A stretch of DNA of 64,000 nucleotides from Schmidtea polychroa (Eukaryota): the NCBI GenBank assembly GCA_044892525.1, contig CM097885.1:37078001-37142000 (forward strand), read 5' to 3'. Both the position numbers and the translations under genes were made by a program. A model generated the notes under the pieces. That model saw nothing but the letters and a program-made list of their open reading frames with translations, made no database searches and was not told the origin of the DNA. Positions 57,411-64,000 of the stretch are shown piece by piece. Every line of letters begins with the position of its first letter. Position 1 is the first letter of the stretch.

Positions 57411-58144
57411 TTAAATACGTTTTGTATAAAATTTATTAAAAATATTATAAAATATAATTCAATAGCCATTAAGTTATATGCATCTATAAAATATCGCAAA
57501 AGTAGTTAATGAAAAGCATAAAACTGTTCATTACATAAAATTACTACAAAATAAAGATTAAAAATAATATTTTTAAACAAAATTGATTCCGTATAACCGT
57601 TGCAGGATATACGAATAAGCTACAAAAGCTATAGCTTGGGCACCAAAAAAATTGTCCGAGTAATCGATTGTCATATACACAATATGTGGTTAATTATCGG
57701 TTCTCGGGTCTGTGTGCGCACACAGACGCGGACAATTGTCGAAGTATTAGTCAGGTTTTGTTTTTGTCGTGTCGATTTGGGTTTGTATCGATTTTTGATT
57801 TAGTGTAAAGTAATCAGGGAATTCTGGAAGTTTTTTTAGAATTGTTGTTTAAATTTTAAAAGGGTTTTTGTGAATTTGAATTTGCGCGAAGGTTAATAAA
57901 ATTGATATTCGGATTTTGGTTCTTTAATGACTTCAATTAATAAAGATAATTACTATGATATTCAATGCAACAGGGACGTTCACATATCTCAGGATGGTAA
58001 ATGTGTGACGTGCAATGATGGATTTATTGAAAGAATTATTCTTGATAACTCAATGGAAAATGGAAGTACTACAAACGAAACTGATGGTTCCTTTTTTATT
58101 ACTCCAAGAGATCTTGATAACAGAAATAGTGTTTTTGGCCAACT

Positions 58145-58296
58145 AAACACAAGAAATCGCTTTAATCACTTGTATATAGCAAAAACAAAAACAAATGAGA
58201 AAAATTATGTATAAACAACAAGGAGGATTTATAGCTGCAATAATTCCTCTAGCATTATCTTTATTAGGTGGAGCAGGTTTATTAGGAAGTTCATAA
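58145..58296 (+). pseudogene. Polinton/adintovirus small basic core-protein-like remnant
   Basis: KHKKSL...YKQQGGFIAAIIPLALSLLGG: QxGG followed by a hydrophobic helix, directly upstream of the integrase. Confidence 0.55.
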
Positions 58297-58357
58297 ACAA
58301 TTGGTGGTAGTCCTTCATTACTGAATTTCAAACGTGATTTTAATTCAAATTGTTGCA

Positions 58358-58935
58358 ATGGAGGAAATTTGGAGAAATCCAAGAGACCCAGCATCTTTTG
58401 GTGGAATTGACAGACTAAAGAAAGCAATCAAGAAATAAAAGAAAAAGACAAGAAATTGGTTATCGAGCCAACTTGCATACAGTCTCAACAAACCGATGTT
58501 AAAGAGATTTCCAACAATTTGGTATTGATGATTTATGGCAAGCGGATTTGTTGGAAATGATTCCATATTCGAGTGTCAACCAAGGTTACAAGTATATTTT
58601 AACATGTATTGACATATTTAGCCGATTTTATAGAGCTACAGCTGTTCAAATTAAATCTGCTAATGAAATTGATCAAGCAATAAAGATTTTATTTGATAGT
58701 AATTGGAGCGATGAAGTTTTTTCAAATTTTGAAGATTAACACCAAACAGAGTCCAATAATATCTGTCATTAAGGATTATGATAACAATGAAATTATAGGT
58801 AAATTTTATGAACAAAAATTTCAAGTTATTCCAAACCATACAACTTTTAGAATACAAGAAATTCTAAAGACTAGAGGAAAAGGGAAGCATAAACAATATT
58901 ACGTCAAATGGCACGGTTATCAAAACCCTACATGA
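58358..58935 (+). pseudogene. Polinton integrase plus chromodomain, internally deleted
   Basis: NPRDPASFGG, GIDDLWQADLLEM, GYKYILTCIDIFSR, NWSDEVF, IIGKFYEQ, FRIQEILKTRGKGKHKQYYVKWHGY. Confidence 0.85.
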
Positions 58936-59348
58936 ATACTGGAATCTCATTTGAAATAAGTAAAACTAATTTTTACATGATTTTACCCAGCAATAGCTCT
59001 CCTTTAATCCATCCACATAACAATGCTAGTAAATTTATTGTCGAACTTCAAAATACCATCTATTTTAATGGTAGTTGGAAAGTGTCCTTGTTGGATTTTA
59101 CATTTGTATACAATCTATTTCCGTTTTACAGTAAATCCAAGATTGAATATACCAAGATGGAAACAGTATCAGAAATTGTTAAAGTGAAGATAATTCAAGA
59201 CAGCTATGAAATGATCAATCAAACAAATACAAATACGATAATATATGTTGGAGATAGATATTTATACTTTCAATCTTTAAAGCGACCATTTCAATTTTTA
59301 TTTGAAACCTTAATTGATGCTTATTATGAGAATATTCTTAAGTTCTGA
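58932..59348 (+). pseudogene. Polinton minor capsid (penton-like) N-terminal fragment
   Basis: FYMILPSNSS...HNNASKFIVELQNTIYFNGSWKVSL matches the recalled FYxTLPSNSS...WEVGL pattern. Confidence 0.75.
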
Positions 59349-59469
59349 ATGATAATCATTTCATCTATTAAAAAGACGAAAAGTGAATCTAATTATAAAC
59401 ACTTGGTTGAAGTTATAAGCAAAATAAAAGAAGGTTAAAAAGTGAAAACCACAAAACACATTTGTTTGG

Positions 59470-59524
59470 TTAAAATGGCGCCCGAGGCAACTGCTTGCTT
59501 TGCCTGTGCCTAAGGCCGGCCCTG
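59470..59524. mobile_element. Isolated hAT-type right terminus
   Basis: GGCGCCCGAGGCAA...TGCC...GGCCGGCCCTG; similar orphan ends at 20865-20920, 27288-27345 and 33444-33500. Confidence 0.5.
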
Positions 59525-60315
59525 GTTACGGCAACCAAATGTCCCAATCAAATTACATTACTATATATTACTATATATTACATTACTATGCATTCTTTTA
59601 TTCAGATATTTTTCACAATTTCTTTTTAAAATTCTCAAAAAACTATTAGAAGAATAAATCAGTCATAAATTAATTCTTTTTACCACTTTTAATAGTATAA
59701 CCTAATGACTTCTATCCTCTTCTAAAGTGTGACCATATTCGTTTTCAATGAAACAAGAGGTTATTTTAAAGTTATATTAAGAAACAACCTGATATTCGTT
59801 ATACATATTCTACATGGATGTATACACATCTATTTTATACAGTTTAATATGGATTGAATATATATATGATCAGATTCACTTGAAAAAGGCAGTGCCGAAA
59901 ATTCGTGAATATCAAAAACATCGATATATTTATTCAAGCTTTTTAATAAATACAATGTCAATGGAAAAGAAATCAGTGGTGAAATTTGAAAAAAAATTCT
60001 TATAATATATGACAATTTGAAATTTATTTGGCTTTGAAATTATTTTCATTACATATTTACATTGGAGTGATCGAGTATTGGTAGAAGTCATAATAAAACA
60101 CAAATATGCCAAATAAATAAGAAAATACGCATTTCTATTAAAACAAAAACAAATGTCATCTCGAATTTATAGTGTAATGGATCTATAACAGCACTGATAG
60201 CACAGATATCGAGTGGAGGCAGCACATACAATAGTTCCCACACAGACAAAACATAATGTACCGATAATTATATATAAATACTATCTAATTTATAAACATA
60301 CTCGAGGGCAATATC

Positions 60316-62206
60316 TTATTCATTGTCTGGAAATATAATTTTTGGAATGGTTCTGTCGATTGATTTGGATAAAATATCATTTTTAGATCTTTGAGTTCTA
60401 TTTATAATGGGATTCTTTGCATTGTTTAAATGGGAGTTTGAACGAGAATCATTGAAAACTTGTGATTGGTTATTCCATCGTTCTGGCGCCTCTTGATTTT
60501 GACTATTACTGCGAAAATATTTCGATGACACTCGATTTTGGCTTCGAATATCTCCTTGTCTATTTTCTTCAATTTTAGTCTCCTTATTCTCGTTAGACTC
60601 TGTATTAAAATAATGAATAGATGATAACTTATTTAACTTTTGTTCAGAAGGATCTGATGGAATGATCTGGGAACTGAAAAATCTATCAAATATCATAGAT
60701 TTGCCTTTTCTGTCATCTAAATTGTCCAACATAAACGATGAGAAATCATCGTAAGCTGATTTCGATAATGAACCCTTTGAATCTTTTCTATTCGGATCAA
60801 CTCTTCGTCGTTCTTGGCTAAATTGGCGTCTTCTTGCTGCTGCAGATGTTGCAAGATTATTTGATGTTTCCAAACTCGTATTCGATCGACAGAGATTCTG
60901 AAAAGGATTTCTGTTCGATTTATGAATTGAATCTCGGAAATTCTTTTCATCCTTAAGGGAACTGTTCACTAGATCGGGTATGATTTGATAGTTATTGAAC
61001 TGGTGTTCAGAATTATCAACTGATATGTTTATCAAGCCTATCCTACTTAAATGTGGTTCAGCATTCCTATCCAAGGTTTCTTCGCTTTCCATAGATATTT
61101 GATTCCTTTCAAGTTCAGAATTATTTCTCCAATAATTATTATTTTTACTTCGACTGCGGTCATTTATATTTTTTGATATATCCATTGACTTGTGCCTCAT
61201 GACCTGAGATTGTCTATATTGACTGCTAGGATACTTCGCAATTCCAGGATAGCATTCGCTATTTTGTTTCTGTAGGTACCGATCCACAAATTTATTACTT
61301 GACATTGGTCGTTGGATGATTTGATTCTCTGAAATTTCTCCCGGTTGCCAGTTGCACTCCCTGGATTCAAGTGATTTTGATGTTATTCTGGTGACAAATA
61401 CTTTTCTTACAGGCGATCTTTCTGAATTGCATTTACGCCGGCAAGGATTAATAGAATTATTCAACACGATAGGCCTATTTATTTCATGATTGGAACGAAT
61501 TATACAATTATTTGTCTCTGAGCTACTATTGAATGATGAATTGACAGACGAAATGTCTTTACCTAATCTTGAACAAGACCTTACTCTTGTATAGATAGTC
61601 GAATACTTATTAGGAATGCTGCATACATTGTTGTCGTGATAATTTTGTGACACAGAAACTGTACTGATGCTTGAAGACGTTCTTGAGCTTTGACCGGATG
61701 TCACAGATATTTGTTTTCGACAAATCGGTGAATGTTTATCAATTTGCTTAATAGGATAACGGTTATCAAATGAGTTTGTTCTAATAACGGTCGTTTTTGG
61801 TTCGGGGTTTGTCTCACATTCATCAAAACTGTATGTTTTCCTCGATTCGTTTGACAGATTTTGACTAGGCATCAAATCAAAGCTTCTTGATAGAGTATTA
61901 CTACCCCAGTGAGTATCAAAAGGTCTCAAATGTTGAGAATTCCGTCGGTAATCTGTTGGAGGAACAATGTGATACATGTTATTCGATTTTTGATTCTGAG
62001 AAGATGGCTCAATATCATTACTATGATTCGTTATTTCAGTTTTTACAGTTAGAACCTTTTGAGTATATAAAATATCATCCAATGTAATAAATGTTTGACA
62101 AGATGAGTCCTTCATTAATATGTCTTTTGTGGTGGATTTGTTATTTTCACAAGATGTAAAGATATCAATACTACTGATGTCCTTAGTTGGTGTTATAACT
62201 TTAAAT
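60316..62206 (-). CDS. Large terminal exon of an unidentified host gene (Ser/Asn/Arg-rich, probably disordered)
   Basis: About 630 open codons in AT-rich DNA; the frame extends upstream of ATG 62115 to the acceptor CTTTTCAG at 62207; no recognisable domain. Confidence 0.75.
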
Positions 62207-62306
62207 CTGAAAAGTAAGATTTTTAAATTATTTTAAATAAAGTGATAATATTATATATTGTGAGTAGAGGAGTTGAATAAAATTTAAAATTAATCAATTT
62301 AAAATA

Positions 62307-64000
62307 CAGTAATGTGCGATATTTAGGGCAGAAAAATAGACTGTAAATGTTAAATTTTTAAGGCATTTATCTTGTAAGAAAGGGATTTCACCATTAAAAT
62401 TTTGTATGATGTTAAAAATAATAAAATAAATTTATATATCGTTTCTTTTTTATTTTTTAAAAGCAATATTTTCGAGCTATTCTGCGATTTATAATAAAAG
62501 TTTAGGGCATGTTAAAAATTTAAGGCATTATTTTACTTAAAATTTAACAGAGTATATATTTACCTATAAAAAATCAATTTTTAATAAAAATTTAAGGCAA
62601 TCTTCATTATGGACTTAAATAAGAAAAAAAGAAAAACTTACACCAAAGGAATAAAAAGAGAAATTGCCAAAGCATATAAAAAGGATTAAAAGGCTTTGTG
62701 TGATATCGAAAAAGAATTTGATGTATCACAAAAGGTTATTAGAACAGCAATCAAATCTTCGGAGGAGCTTTTAAATCTGGAAAGTGATGATCCAACATTT
62801 GATACTTTTAATTTATGTAAAGCAGCAGAAATCAAGCTATTGAACATTGATCAATACATGCTTGATGGTATCAGGCAGATTCCAAATGCAGGTGGCAATG
62901 TTTTAATGGGGAACTTGATGTCATTGGCAAAAAATGATGTCATTGTCGTGTGAATATCACATCATACTTTATAAGAGGTTTTAAAAAGCGATACAATGTG
63001 GCATTTAAATCACTTTGTGGAGAGGCAAAATCTGCTATGACAGACAAGTTTTTTGACTTTTTTGATGAGTTTGAAGCTATAAAGAAATATTATGATGAAA
63101 AAGATATTTACAATTTAGATGAGACTGGTCTATATATCAAGAATTTTGGTAGAAGAAGTTACATTTTGAGGGATGAAGATGACAGAAAAAGTATAAAAAC
63201 CGATAAAACAAGAATTACGCTTTTATTATGTTTTAATAAATACGGCGATGAAATTACACCATTAATCATAGGAAAAAGCAAACCCCCCAGGGCTTTTAAA
63301 AACGAGAAACCAGATAATTACAACCTAAAATATGCTAACAACACATCTTCGTGGCTTACCAAAGATATTTTTTTGAAATATACAAACGATTTAAATGACG
63401 AAATGATCATACAGGATAGAAAAATCCTAATATTATGCGATAATTTTAAAGGCCACGAGGTTGGTGCATTTTGGAACGTGAAACTGTTATTTTTGTCACC
63501 TAATACAACATCGATCTTACAGCCTCTAGATCTAGGTATAATTAACGATATCAAGTCTAAGTATTCTGAATATGTCAATAACTTTTTTACAAATATGATA
63601 ATTGATAATAGTGCGAATATAAAATCTTGTTTTAGTTCCTTGACATTGCTAGAAGTATATTACTGGATAAGGTTCTTCCTGGGACGTATCTGAATTGTTG
63701 GGAAAAGTTTGAAAAAATGAAAGGGAAGCTTCAGAATACAGATTTAGAAAAAGAAGAAAATGAAGTTTTGTTTGATAATTTAATTGCTCCGGACTGTGTG
63801 GTAAAAGATGATCCTATTTATGATGAATCCTCATTTTGTCTCGATGGAATCCTTTGCGATATATTGGAAGCATCTAGGATTGAATCGGTAAATTATCATT
63901 AAAAAAAACTGGATAATTTGTAGCATATTGAAGAAATTGATGTTAGAAAGTCGTACATTGATTTTAAAAATAAGTACTATGAAAGTAGATCCAGAAGATC
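62307..64000 (+). mobile_element. pogo/Tigger transposon (CENP-B-type HTH plus DDE_1), decayed, runs off the window
   Basis: TA|CAGTAATGTGCGATA left end; ATG at 62609; IYNLDETGL, LCDNFKGH, PNTTSILQPLDLGII; stop and frameshifts. Confidence 0.88.

Noticed and set aside
60160..60290. Cys-rich hydrophobic frame (YIIIGTLCFVCVGTIVCAASTRYLCYQCC) downstream of the 599-aa ORF
   Set aside because: No consistent splice model could be built; may be 3' UTR

Overview
Very AT-rich eukaryotic genomic DNA with 44-57 nt minimal GT-AG introns and long (ATT)n/(TA)n microsatellites; a planarian-type genome is my inference only. One complete host gene is present: a 6-exon DNAJB13 (34182-47969, +, 316 aa). A large terminal exon of a second, unidentified host gene lies at 60316-62206 (-). 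Most of the rest is mobile DNA. Decayed Polinton/Maverick (adintovirus-like) pieces include two tandem protein-primed PolB genes, two integrase-chromodomain remnants, both ends of a minor capsid (penton) gene, a QxGG core-protein remnant, a TBP-like gene and spliced accessory genes. Other elements are a Penelope-like retroelement, several hAT elements (one apparently intact inside DNAJB13 intron 2), Tc1 DD34E and pogo/Tigger elements, piggyBac- and pogo-type MITEs, and Gypsy elements and LTR remnants. The most notable observations are: a TBP-fold gene between Polinton integrase and penton genes; a diverged tandem PolB pair sharing a probable spliced Cys/His exon; a spliced acidic gene with SUMO-interacting-like motifs; a minimal hammerhead ribozyme within an inverted repeat in DNAJB13 intron 3; and an unexplained 48.8-54.2 kb block with an AGGTCA array and four copies of a ~90-bp module. 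All family calls come from motif recognition by eye; no database searches were run.
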